NCBI GenBank assembly: GCA_045402695.1
Contig: JAWPNA010000030.1
Span: forward strand, 1-56,101
Source of the DNA: Acidobacteriota bacterium
Lineage (GTDB): Bacteria > Acidobacteriota > Polarisedimenticolia > JACPZX01 > DASXTC01
Length of the DNA: 56,101 bases
Reading direction: 5' to 3'
Notes under the pieces: model-generated
Seen by the model: the letters and a program-made list of their open reading frames with translations, nothing else
The model's database searches: none
What the model was told of the DNA's origin: nothing
Shown here: positions 18,322 to 26,926 of the stretch, piece by piece
How positions within the stretch are numbered: the stretch's first letter is position 1
How the letters are laid out: each line of letters starts with the position of its first letter
Translations under genes and position numbers: made by a program

Positions 18322-20482
18322 ATGCCGAGAACGGCGGCGCGGGAATCACGGAGCTCGATCCGAACCCTCGCGTCTCGTACTCCCGGCCGGTCAGGTTCTT
18401 CAGGTTGAGTCTGAACTCCCAGTCGCCGCGCGTGTACGAGACGGCGGCGTCGCACACGGCGTAGGAGCCGATCGTGAAGGCGTTGTCCTCCGCGATGAAC
18501 TGATCACCGACGAACCGGCCGCCGAGGGCCACGTTCCATCCCCCCGGCAGCCCCTTGCTCACCCACCCGTTCACGATGTGGCGTGGGGCGAACGCGGGGG
18601 TATTGCCCGACCGGTCGAACGTGGCGAAGATCGGCGTGAAGGTGTTGGGGTCGAACCCCACCACGAGCTGCTCCGAGAACCGCGTCAGCTCGGAATCGTT
18701 GAAGGCGTACGAGAGAAACGTCCGCAGGCGCGCGATGGGCTCAGCGGCGAACTCCACTTCGATCCCGCGCGAGAGCTGATCGCCGGCCTGCTGCGTGAAC
18801 CCGTTGTCGTCCACGATCGGTATGTTCTCGCGCTCCATCCGGTAGGCGGCGATCGTGAGCTGCAGCTTTCCACCCGATCGCTCCATCTTCGCGCCGACCT
18901 CGTACTGCCGGCTCCGCTCCGGCTCGCGCTCCCTCATCAGACGGTCCGACGGCGGCGCGAAGGCGCGGCCCGCGTTGGCGTAGAAGCTCAGGCTGCTCGT
19001 GGGGGAGTAGACCAGGCCGCCCATGGGGCTCACTTCGCTGTCACGCCGGGAGTTCACGCAGCCGTCGTCCTGCGGGGCGGCGGCGCAGGAGGGCCGGGAG
19101 GAGGCGGGGACACCGTCCTCGAAATCAATGACGTCCAGCCGGGCGCCGGCAAGAGCCGAGAAGCGCTCGGAGAACTTGATCTGATCGATGACGTACGGGG
19201 CCAGCACAAGGCTCTTCCACTCCCCCGCCGCGAGCTTTACCCCCGCGAAGGGCTGGCGGGCCGTCTCGACCGGATCGAAGAGATCGATCGACGGCAGGAA
19301 TGCGACATCGAGCGTGAAGTCGTCGCCGAAGCGCGCCGTCTCCAGTCCGGCCACGACCTCGTGCTCGACGGCGCCGGTCTTGGTGGAAAGGACGGCTTCG
19401 ACCTGATTGCTCGCGAACCGCTGGCGGTCGTCGAGCATCTGCAGCGCGCGCTGCACTTCGGGCCTAAAGGTGACGAAGCTCGGCGCCACACCGGTGATCA
19501 ACGTCCCGTCGGCCGTCCAATCGAGGTCGCGATAGTAGGTCTTGTTGCGCAGGCTCCAGGCATCGCTCAGCTTCACGTCGAAGTCAACCTGCACGCGCGA
19601 GAGCTGCTGGTCCGAACTGTCGAAGGGAGTCTGGTAGGATGTCGCCCTCGGCACGTCCGGGATCTCTCCGCCGAACAGAGGCAGGCCGCTGTCGGGCGCG
19701 TAGTCGGTGTCCACGTACTCGAGGTTCACGTTGAGGGAGGACTTTCCCCCGATGCGCCAGGTGAATGCGGGGTTCACCGCGAGGTTTCTGTTCTCCTTGT
19801 CGTCACGCCAGTAGTCCGACTGCCGCCACGTCGAGTTGAGCCGGAACGCCAGGGTCCCGTCCGTCGAGGCTTGGTTGTAGTCCACCGTCCCGTCATAGGT
19901 GCCGAACGATCCCGCCGATACGCCGGCCCGGCCGAACGTACCGGGCTGCGGCTGCCGGCGAACGATGTTGACGGCGCCCGCCAGCGGGTTGCTCCCGTAC
20001 AAGAGGCCTCCCGGGCCCTTCAGAACCTCCACGCGCTCGACGTTGTACATCTGGTAGAAGGCTGCCTCGGGCTCGGAAGCGCCGTCCGTCAGCACCAGCG
20101 AGCTGCTCAACGAGTCGAAGCCGCGGATCAGGAAGAAGTCCGTCACGCCGGACTGCGTCTGCACGTTCAATCCGCTGACGTTGAGCAGGGCATCGCCGAG
20201 GATGAGCGCGCCCTGCTCGTGCAGGAGCTGCTCGCCCACGGTACCGACATTGGCGGGCGTCAACCGGAGCATCAGCGGCAGCCGCGTGAGGATGGTGTTG
20301 GACGTCGGGATGTAGGGAAGGCTTCCCACCACGGTCACGTTCACGGGCGGCACGGCCGCCGCGGCCGTTGGGGGGACGGGGTTTTCATCGGCGCTGTCGC
20401 CCACCTCGGCGGACAGGATCGGCGGGGAGAGAAGCGCCGCGGCGAACAACAGTGGAGCGGTGGATCGCAAGATGCGCATCAT
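18296..20482 (-). CDS. TonB-dependent outer-membrane receptor
   Basis: Signal peptide MMRILRSTAPLLFAAALLSPPILSA. Plug-domain motifs are present (FLIRGF, VERVEVLKGPGGLLYGSNPLAGAVNIV). A long beta-barrel ends in a terminal aromatic residue (AGAQYKF). An AAGGAG RBS lies 5 nt upstream of the ATG. Confidence 0.9.
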   Translation of the reverse strand: MMRILRSTAPLLFAAALLSPPILSAEVGDSADENPVPPTAAAAVPPVNVTVVGSLPYIPTSNTILTRLPLMLRLTPANVGTVGEQLLHEQGALILGDALLNVSGLNVQTQSGVTDFFLIRGFDSLSSSLVLTDGASEPEAAFYQMYNVERVEVLKGPGGLLYGSNPLAGAVNIVRRQPQPGTFGRAGVSAGSFGTYDGTVDYNQASTDGTLAFRLNSTWRQSDYWRDDKENRNLAVNPAFTWRIGGKSSLNVNLEYVDTDYAPDSGLPLFGGEIPDVPRATSYQTPFDSSDQQLSRVQVDFDVKLSDAWSLRNKTYYRDLDWTADGTLITGVAPSFVTFRPEVQRALQMLDDRQRFASNQVEAVLSTKTGAVEHEVVAGLETARFGDDFTLDVAFLPSIDLFDPVETARQPFAGVKLAAGEWKSLVLAPYVIDQIKFSERFSALAGARLDVIDFEDGVPASSRPSCAAAPQDDGCVNSRRDSEVSPMGGLVYSPTSSLSFYANAGRAFAPPSDRLMREREPERSRQYEVGAKMERSGGKLQLTIAAYRMERENIPIVDDNGFTQQAGDQLSRGIEVEFAAEPIARLRTFLSYAFNDSELTRFSEQLVVGFDPNTFTPIFATFDRSGNTPAFAPRHIVNGWVSKGLPGGWNVALGGRFVGDQFIAEDNAFTIGSYAVCDAAVSYTRGDWEFRLNLKNLTGREYETRGFGSSSVIPAPPFSAYAGAQYKF

Positions 20483-20497
20483 GATCTCCTTTCGCTG

Positions 20498-21757
20498 TCA
20501 GCCCGCGAGATCCAGTGCCACCATGTCCTTCTGGTTGCGCAGGAAAAGTTTTTTTCCGGCCAGCGTGGGCATCGTCCAGGTCCGCCCCTCCAGGATCTGG
20601 GCTCTCGCCTTCTCCTTGTATCCCGCCGTCGTGGCCTCGGCCAGCGCCAGCAGCCCATCCTCGCTGAAGATGATCAGGTGGCCGTCCGCCAGCAGCAGCG
20701 ATCCTTTCTTGAAGCCCCGCTGGCTCCACTTCTCCTGCCCCGTGGCGGCGTCAACGCACTTCAGGGTCGCGTCGTCGAACCCGTAGATGTGGCCGCCGTT
20801 GAAGATCGAGGAGTTGAAATGGTTCTTCATGCTGCGGTTCTTCCACACCTCGGAGACATCGAACGTGTCGCCCGACTTCCTCACCGCGTACAACGCGCCG
20901 CCCGTGTCGTACGAGGAGGAGATGAAGACCTTGTCGGGCGGCACGAAGACCGGCATCGCGGCGTTCACGTCGTAGGAGGTCTTCCACGGCACGCTCCACA
21001 GCACCTTTCCATCGGCCGGAGCCACCGAGACGAGCGAAGAGCCCGCGAACGAGAGAATCTGCCGGACGCCCTGGATCTCCACCCCCAGAGGCGTCGAATA
21101 GCCGGGCCGGTCGGTGTAGGCGGTCCAGCGGGTTTCGCCCGTCTTCTTGTCGAGCGCCACGAGAGATTTGCCGGGGCCGCCTCCCGCGTCCATCAGCAAG
21201 AGGGCTCCCTCCACCACCGGAGACGTGGAGATGCCCCATTGCGGAACGCGGGCGCCGAAGGCGGCTTTCAGGTCCTTCTCCCAGACCTTCTCGCCCGTGG
21301 CCGTCCTGGCCGCGACGAGCATCCCCTGCGCGCCGAGGCCGTACACCAGGTCGCCATCCACCGTGGGGGTCGAGCGTGGGCCGTCACCCATGTCGTCCGA
21401 GCGCGTGGCGTCCACTTTCAGCCGCCAGATCTGCTTGCCATCCTCGGTGCCATAGCAGCCGAGAGCTTCATCGCCGGCGAGCGAGTACATCGTGTAAAGC
21501 CTGTTGCCCACGACGGACATGCCTGAGTAGCCGCCTCCGAGCGGCACTTTCCAGAGCACCTTCGGGCCGGCCTCAGGCCAGGTCTTCAGCAGTCCGGTTT
21601 CCGCGGAGACGCCGTCACTGGCCGGGCCGCGGTACTGGGGCCAGCCCGACTTGCCGGCGTCGGCGGCGGTTGCGGGAGGCGCCGCTGCGGCCGCGACGGC
21701 CACTGCGGTCATGACGATCGCGATCCGAAAGAGACGGGGGGCTTCGATGGGTCGCAT
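20498..21757 (-). CDS. Exported PQQ-like (BamB-like) beta-propeller repeat protein, paralogue P1
   Basis: An N-terminal signal or anchor is followed by GWPQYRGPASDGVSAETGL. Repeated blade motifs are present (G.LY.., DG...W). It is collinear with P6 (34120-35385). Confidence 0.85.
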   Translation of the reverse strand: MRPIEAPRLFRIAIVMTAVAVAAAAAPPATAADAGKSGWPQYRGPASDGVSAETGLLKTWPEAGPKVLWKVPLGGGYSGMSVVGNRLYTMYSLAGDEALGCYGTEDGKQIWRLKVDATRSDDMGDGPRSTPTVDGDLVYGLGAQGMLVAARTATGEKVWEKDLKAAFGARVPQWGISTSPVVEGALLLMDAGGGPGKSLVALDKKTGETRWTAYTDRPGYSTPLGVEIQGVRQILSFAGSSLVSVAPADGKVLWSVPWKTSYDVNAAMPVFVPPDKVFISSSYDTGGALYAVRKSGDTFDVSEVWKNRSMKNHFNSSIFNGGHIYGFDDATLKCVDAATGQEKWSQRGFKKGSLLLADGHLIIFSEDGLLALAEATTAGYKEKARAQILEGRTWTMPTLAGKKLFLRNQKDMVALDLAG

Positions 21758-21783
21758 GACAACCTCTTGTCTGGCGCCGGAGC

Positions 21784-21804
21784 CCGCGTCATCGGACGAC
21801 GCGG
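21784..21804 (-). other. Intra-operon stem-loop in the only sizeable internal gap of the gene train, flanked by a 9-bp direct repeat
   Basis: CCGCGTC (21784-21790), 7-nt loop, GACGCGG (21798-21804). GGCGCCGGA occurs at 21773-21781 and again at 21808-21816. Confidence 0.3.
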
Positions 21805-21835
21805 CGAGGCGCCGGAAATCGCCGGGTTTACCTTC

Positions 21836-23161
21836 TTACGTGTACCGCGCGTTGCGGTATTCGGTCTCGTAGAACTCGGGCAGCAGGCTGTCCACGCGAA
21901 GGAGCCCCTCACGCGTCAGATCCACTTGCCCCTCATTGACGCGGAGCATCCCGGTCTCCCGGAGGCGCTCGAACGCGGGGGCGAACGAGCTCAGGATCTC
22001 CACGCCGAACTTGTCCTTGAAGTAGTCGGTCCGGATCCGCCCCAGCTTGAGCTGAAGGATCATCTCCCTCAGAGGGCGCTGGGAAGGACTCGGCTTGAAC
22101 GCGCGGGCGAGGGGCAGTTCTCCCGCCTCGAGGCGGCCGAGGTAGTCCCCCCACTCGCTCGCGTTCTGCAAGTGGACACCGTTGAGGTGAGAGAACGAAG
22201 CCACCCCTGCGCCAAGCATGTCGCTGCCGTGCCAGACGGCGTCGCGGTAGACGAACCGGGCATCGCGGTCCTTCTTCACCATCGTGTAGGCGCTGGAGAT
22301 CTCGTAGCCGTGCGAGCCCAGCTCATTGATGGCGTGGTCGTGCCACGCTCTCCTGAGAGTCCCATCGGGAAGAGACAGCTCGCGCTTTCCGCCCAGCAGG
22401 TCCTGCGAGAACACCGTGTTGTACGGCAGCTCCATCTGGTAGATCGTGACGCTGTCGGGATCGAGCTCGATGGTCCTGCGCACCGATTCGCGCCACCTCT
22501 CCCAGCTCTCTCCCACCATGCCCGCGATCAGATCGATGTTGAGCTGATCGAAGGCGAGCGCCTTGATCCAAGGGATCACGCGGAAGATCTCGGCCGACAG
22601 GTGCGCGCGGCCGTTTTCCTTGAGGATCTCGTCGTTGAAGTTCTCCACTCCCAGGCTCAGTCGCGTGACGCCGATTTCACGGATCGCTTCCAGCTTCGCC
22701 TGGGTGAGCGTGCCCGGCTCGCACTCGAACGTGATCTCCTCGGCGCCGCTCCACGGAAGTTCGCTCTTCAGGTCTGAAGCCAGGGCCCGCAGGTCGCGTG
22801 CGCTGATGAAGGATGGCGTGCCGCCACCGAAGTAGACGAACCTGAGGGATCGGCCCGTCACGGCGGGCATCCGGCCGTAGAGGCGCACCTCCTTCGTCAG
22901 GGCGGAGAGATACGCGCGCACCTGCGCGCTGTCCATTTCCGTGTAGACCTTGTAGTAGCAGAACTTGCACCTGATGCGGCAGAAGGGAATGTGCAGGTAG
23001 AGCCCGAGGGTCGCCCCCGGCGAAGGCGGCGCGTCCAGCGCCTCCATCGCGGCGGGAACCTGATCCGCCGTCCAGGCCGAGTAGGGTGGATAGTTGGAGA
23101 TGAAGACGCTGCCGACCTCCGCCGGCTGCCCGGTCTTCACTGTCGCTTCCCCAGGCATCAT
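21836..23161 (-). CDS. HemN-like radical SAM enzyme (coproporphyrinogen-III-oxidase family; HemN/HemW/ChuW-type)
   Basis: The CxxxCxxC cluster motif HIPFCRIRCKFCYYK lies at nt 22958-22981, and the GGGTP motif (YFGGGTPSF) is present. The 441-aa length is typical of HemN-like proteins. The ATGATG start overlaps the upstream stop. Confidence 0.9.
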   Translation of the reverse strand: MMPGEATVKTGQPAEVGSVFISNYPPYSAWTADQVPAAMEALDAPPSPGATLGLYLHIPFCRIRCKFCYYKVYTEMDSAQVRAYLSALTKEVRLYGRMPAVTGRSLRFVYFGGGTPSFISARDLRALASDLKSELPWSGAEEITFECEPGTLTQAKLEAIREIGVTRLSLGVENFNDEILKENGRAHLSAEIFRVIPWIKALAFDQLNIDLIAGMVGESWERWRESVRRTIELDPDSVTIYQMELPYNTVFSQDLLGGKRELSLPDGTLRRAWHDHAINELGSHGYEISSAYTMVKKDRDARFVYRDAVWHGSDMLGAGVASFSHLNGVHLQNASEWGDYLGRLEAGELPLARAFKPSPSQRPLREMILQLKLGRIRTDYFKDKFGVEILSSFAPAFERLRETGMLRVNEGQVDLTREGLLRVDSLLPEFYETEYRNARYT

Positions 23162-24303
23162 TTCGCTCCGAACGCGTACATCACGCCATCCGTGGTTCCG
23201 ATCAGCAGGCGGCCCGCGGCCACGGCGGGAGAGGCGGTGATCGAGGAGCCGGTCTCGAACCGCCAGAGAAGCTCCCCCGTCGTCAGGTTCAGGGCCATGA
23301 TGTCGCCGCCTGTCGTGGCGGTGAAGACCCGCTCACCCACGATGACGGGGGAGGAGTCGACCTTCGCGCGCGCCGAGTAGATCCAGAGGGATCTGCCGGT
23401 CGCGGCGTCGAGGGCGTGCACCATCTTGTCGCGGCCGCCCACCACGACGATCGACCCGGACACGGCCGCCGAGGAGTAGTAGGGGAACTTCCTCTCCGGG
23501 TGCTCGTAGCGCCAGACGACTTTCGGCGTTTCGAGATCGATGCCCAGCACTTCGTTCTCGAACGTGCCCACGTAGGCGCGCCCACCGTCCACGGCCGGGC
23601 TGGCCCCGACGTACGATCCGAGCTCCAGCTTCTTGAGCTCCGCGCCGTCCCTGGCGCGCACCACGCGCAGATATCCGTCGCATCCCGCCGAGACGATGAC
23701 GGGCTCTCGAGAATCGCCGGCGAGGGCGGGCGTCCCGTATACATAGCTGCCCGTGGCCAGCTTCCATGCGAGCTTGCCGTCCGATACCGACAGCGCGTAG
23801 AGATTGTTGTCGTTGGATCCGAAGATGACGTTGCCCGAGGCGACCGTGGCCGACGAGACGATCGCGGCATCGGCCTGGAAGACGAAGCGGCGCTTGCCGT
23901 CCCGCACGTTTACCGCGTGAAAGACCCCTTTCTCGTCGCCGAAGTACACGGTGTCGTCGAAGATCGATGGGGAGGACTTGATGGGGGCGCCGCCCTCGTA
24001 TGTCCACTTCCGCTCACCGGAGCCAAGCGCCACGCAGTAGAGGTGCCCATCGAGTGATCCGAACAAGACCGAGCCCTGCCGCACGGCCGCGGTGGACTCG
24101 ATGTCCCCTCCGGCCTGGAATGTCCAGAGCCGATCCAGGCTGCGAGGCAGATCGCCGCGCGCCACACCCGTGAGGTGCGTGTCGCCGCGGAAGATGGGCC
24201 ACTCCTCGGCGGCAGGCTGTCCCGCGGGCCGGTTCACGCTTGCTGTCCCCAGCAGGAACATGAGGGCGAGCGCCGCGGCCATCATATTAGTAAGCCGACT
24301 CAT
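23158..24303 (-). CDS. Exported PQQ-like (BamB-like) beta-propeller repeat protein, paralogue P2
   Basis: Signal peptide MSRLTNMMAAALALMFLLGTASV, then EEWPIFRGDTHLTG. Regular ~40-aa blades are present (DGHLYCVALGSGERKW, NNLYALSVSDGKLAW, DKMVHALDAATGRSLW, GDIMALNLTTGELLW). Confidence 0.85.
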   Translation of the reverse strand: MSRLTNMMAAALALMFLLGTASVNRPAGQPAAEEWPIFRGDTHLTGVARGDLPRSLDRLWTFQAGGDIESTAAVRQGSVLFGSLDGHLYCVALGSGERKWTYEGGAPIKSSPSIFDDTVYFGDEKGVFHAVNVRDGKRRFVFQADAAIVSSATVASGNVIFGSNDNNLYALSVSDGKLAWKLATGSYVYGTPALAGDSREPVIVSAGCDGYLRVVRARDGAELKKLELGSYVGASPAVDGGRAYVGTFENEVLGIDLETPKVVWRYEHPERKFPYYSSAAVSGSIVVVGGRDKMVHALDAATGRSLWIYSARAKVDSSPVIVGERVFTATTGGDIMALNLTTGELLWRFETGSSITASPAVAAGRLLIGTTDGVMYAFGAK

Positions 24304-25486
24304 ACAGCGTCCTCAGATCCCGCTCGGCCACGGGCCGCGGGTTGAACTCGGCTGTCCACTGCTGGGCGGCCTCCCCCGCGAGCCGCGCAAGCGCCTCTTC
24401 GGGGACCCCGGCGTCGCGCAGTCTCGCCGGCAGTCCGCCCAGATCCCTCATCCACGTCACTCGCTCAGCCATCCCTCCCGAGCCGCCGCTCTCATCGGCC
24501 TTCAGCAACTCCGCGTACATCCGCCCCGCGACCGGCTCGTTGTACCGGATCACGTGGGGAAGCATCAGCAGGACCGCGGCGCCGTGCGCCACGCCGTAGC
24601 CCGACGTCAGCGGGTTCGCGCAGGCATGGGCCGCGCCCAGCATCGAAGCCTCGATCGCCGCGCCCGCCAGATGCGCTCCTAGCAGCATCCGGCCGCGCGC
24701 CTCGGCATCCGCGGGACCGGTCAGGGCGGATGCGAAGGCGCTCGAGAGCAGTGACCAGGCCTGCCGCGCGAGCATCCGGGAGATCGGGTTGCCTCGGGTG
24801 CTCACGTAGCTCTCGATGGCGTGGGAGATCGCATCCAGACCGGAGACGGCGGCCAGACCGCGCGGGCAGGTGGCCGTGAGCTCCGGGTCAAGGATCACCG
24901 CGGCAAAGCGCGCCTTCTCGTCACCGCAAGCCATCTTCCGGCGCGAGCCCTCCTGCTCGATAAGGGCATACGACTGCATCTCGCTTCCCGTCCCCGCGGT
25001 GGTGGGGATGCCGATCGAACGGAGCATCGGCTTGACGGCGCGGCCGGTCCCCCAGTAATCCTCCATGCGGCCGCCGTTGGTGACGAGGAAGTTGATCCCC
25101 TTGGCGCAGTCCATGGCGCTTCCGCCCCCCAGCCCCACGATGAGGTCCATGCCCTGCCCGCGCGCGAAGGCCGCCCCCTCCTCGACGTGGCGGGTCGTCG
25201 GGTTCACGTCCACGCCGTCGAAGATCGACACGCGCAAAGATTCCGACGCGAGCGAAGCCTCGGCGCGGGCGGCGTGGCCCGCCTTGCGCACCCCTGGATC
25301 GGTCACCAGCAGGACGCGCCGGGCGTGAAGCTCCGCGGCCAGCCCCCCCAGACCGGCGAGCGTCCCCGCGCCGAAGATGACGCTCGCGCCGCCGAAGGGA
25401 GCCCTCCACAAGCCCAAGGAGCGCTCCGCGCTCAGGCACGCGGTGGCCCCCGAGGGGATCATGAACCGTCTATCCTGAGTCGCCAT
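24287..25486 (-). CDS. Iron-containing (group III) alcohol dehydrogenase
   Basis: GGGSAMDCAKG (GGGSxxD), PTTAGTGSE and the His-rich metal site HACANPLTSGYGVAHGAA are all present. Confidence 0.9.
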   Translation of the reverse strand: MATQDRRFMIPSGATACLSAERSLGLWRAPFGGASVIFGAGTLAGLGGLAAELHARRVLLVTDPGVRKAGHAARAEASLASESLRVSIFDGVDVNPTTRHVEEGAAFARGQGMDLIVGLGGGSAMDCAKGINFLVTNGGRMEDYWGTGRAVKPMLRSIGIPTTAGTGSEMQSYALIEQEGSRRKMACGDEKARFAAVILDPELTATCPRGLAAVSGLDAISHAIESYVSTRGNPISRMLARQAWSLLSSAFASALTGPADAEARGRMLLGAHLAGAAIEASMLGAAHACANPLTSGYGVAHGAAVLLMLPHVIRYNEPVAGRMYAELLKADESGGSGGMAERVTWMRDLGGLPARLRDAGVPEEALARLAGEAAQQWTAEFNPRPVAERDLRTLYESAY

Positions 25487-25495
25487 GCGATGACC

Positions 25496-26926
25496 TCACG
25501 CCGCCGGGGCGGTCTGCACCGCCCGCTGCCGGTACAGGTGCTCGAAGAGGTTTCCTTCGTGGGGCTGATCCCATGACACCCGGCAGGTGGGGATCTCTCC
25601 CAGGTTGAGCCGGTCGATCGTGGGACAATCCAGCAGCTCGACCACGAAGTCCTGGTCCCGGGTCAGCGCGGTGGCCACCAGCGTCGGGCCGATCCGGGCC
25701 GCCATCTCACACTGGTTCACCTGCACCACCGTGGCGAATGGGAACAGGAATTCGCAGCCCGCCAGTGGATGTTCCGGATCCTCGCACCAGACCAGCGTCG
25801 GCCTCAGGAACGTGCACCCATCCACCTGCACGACCCTCTCCGCGTCGCGCGCGCGCGCCGTGAGGTCCTCCGCCCCCGGCACCCTCAGCAATCGATCGAT
25901 GTGCTCCGAGATCGCGATCGCCTGCCGCCTGTCCGTGAAGGCCGCGAGCGACGCGGCAGGATCATTGAGGGGCCGCGGTTCGATCGCCGCCAACCGGCCG
26001 GCCAGAGCCTCGGCGATCTCGCGGCCGTGCCCCGCGGTCCACACCCCTGAAGCGTTGAGGCAGGATCTGCCGCCGTTCTCGGCGATCGATGTGACCATCA
26101 GATCCAGGTGGCCCCTATATGAGGCCGCCGCGTCTTCATCCAGAATCACCTTGCTCCATCCCGGGCCGTGGAGCTGCACACGCGGGTCGTCCTGCCACGC
26201 CCGCAGCGTGCCCGCGTCGCCGAACAGCATCGAGCGACCGCACCGCAGCAGGATCTCGTTGGCGCCCGAATGATCGCTCGGATAGAGACTGAACGCCTGA
26301 GGCGGCGCACCCGCGGCCATCAGCGCCCGCGCGATGCGCAGAGGCGTCCACGGCTCCTGGCGTCCCGGCTTCAGGACCAGCGGCATCTTGAGAGGGAAGG
26401 CGGGCACCCAGAGCGAGTGCACGCCGGGCGAGTTGGAAGGAAGCACCGCGCCGAGAGCCTCCGTCTGCCCGATGTAGGAGACGCCGCGATCCGCCTCCGT
26501 CCCCCATCCGCGGTCCAGGATCGAGAGAGGAAGGCCGCGCGTCCAGCCTGCAAGCACCCGTCGCATTTCGTGCAGCACGAAGCGGATCTTCTCCATGTTG
26601 GCGCGGCAGAGTGCCAGCGGCATCCCCGTCGTGGAGGACAGATGATCGAGGTATTGCGCGGGAGAGTGCGACGTGGCGCCGTCCACCGGGAGATCGCTCT
26701 GCGAGAACATATAAGCCGCCTTCCCGCAGATCGCGATGAGATCCTCCGTCTCGCGCCGTCTCAGGATCCCGCGGTTGCGACCGGCCTGGAGGAGATCCAT
26801 GGCGATCAGGCCTCGATTGGCCTGGCTCACCTCGGCCACTGTCTCTCCGGTGCGCGCGTCCTTCAGGCGGAAGAGATCGAGGCTGCGGTATGGTCGGCCG
26901 GCGCGCAGGACGGGGACGTGGAGCAT
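25496..26926 (-). CDS. Aldehyde-dehydrogenase-superfamily protein, possibly an acylating/thioester-reducing (LuxC-like) type
   Basis: The ALDH core VLPSNSPGVHSLWVPAFPLKMPLVLKPGRQEP and the catalytic-Cys context ENGGRSCLNASGVW are present. I place the start at MLHVPVLRAG (ATG 26926-26924), which overlaps the upstream stop as TGATG. Confidence 0.8.
   Translation of the reverse strand: MLHVPVLRAGRPYRSLDLFRLKDARTGETVAEVSQANRGLIAMDLLQAGRNRGILRRRETEDLIAICGKAAYMFSQSDLPVDGATSHSPAQYLDHLSSTTGMPLALCRANMEKIRFVLHEMRRVLAGWTRGLPLSILDRGWGTEADRGVSYIGQTEALGAVLPSNSPGVHSLWVPAFPLKMPLVLKPGRQEPWTPLRIARALMAAGAPPQAFSLYPSDHSGANEILLRCGRSMLFGDAGTLRAWQDDPRVQLHGPGWSKVILDEDAAASYRGHLDLMVTSIAENGGRSCLNASGVWTAGHGREIAEALAGRLAAIEPRPLNDPAASLAAFTDRRQAIAISEHIDRLLRVPGAEDLTARARDAERVVQVDGCTFLRPTLVWCEDPEHPLAGCEFLFPFATVVQVNQCEMAARIGPTLVATALTRDQDFVVELLDCPTIDRLNLGEIPTCRVSWDQPHEGNLFEHLYRQRAVQTAPAA

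Noticed and set aside
18116-21526. 1136-aa ORF on the plus strand spanning three minus-strand genes
   Set aside because: Its composition is Arg/Gly/Ala/Pro/Val-rich with no recognisable motifs. It runs antisense to three genes that have clear family signatures (halogenase-like, TBDR, propeller). It is a typical shadow ORF of GC-rich DNA, where stop codons are rare.
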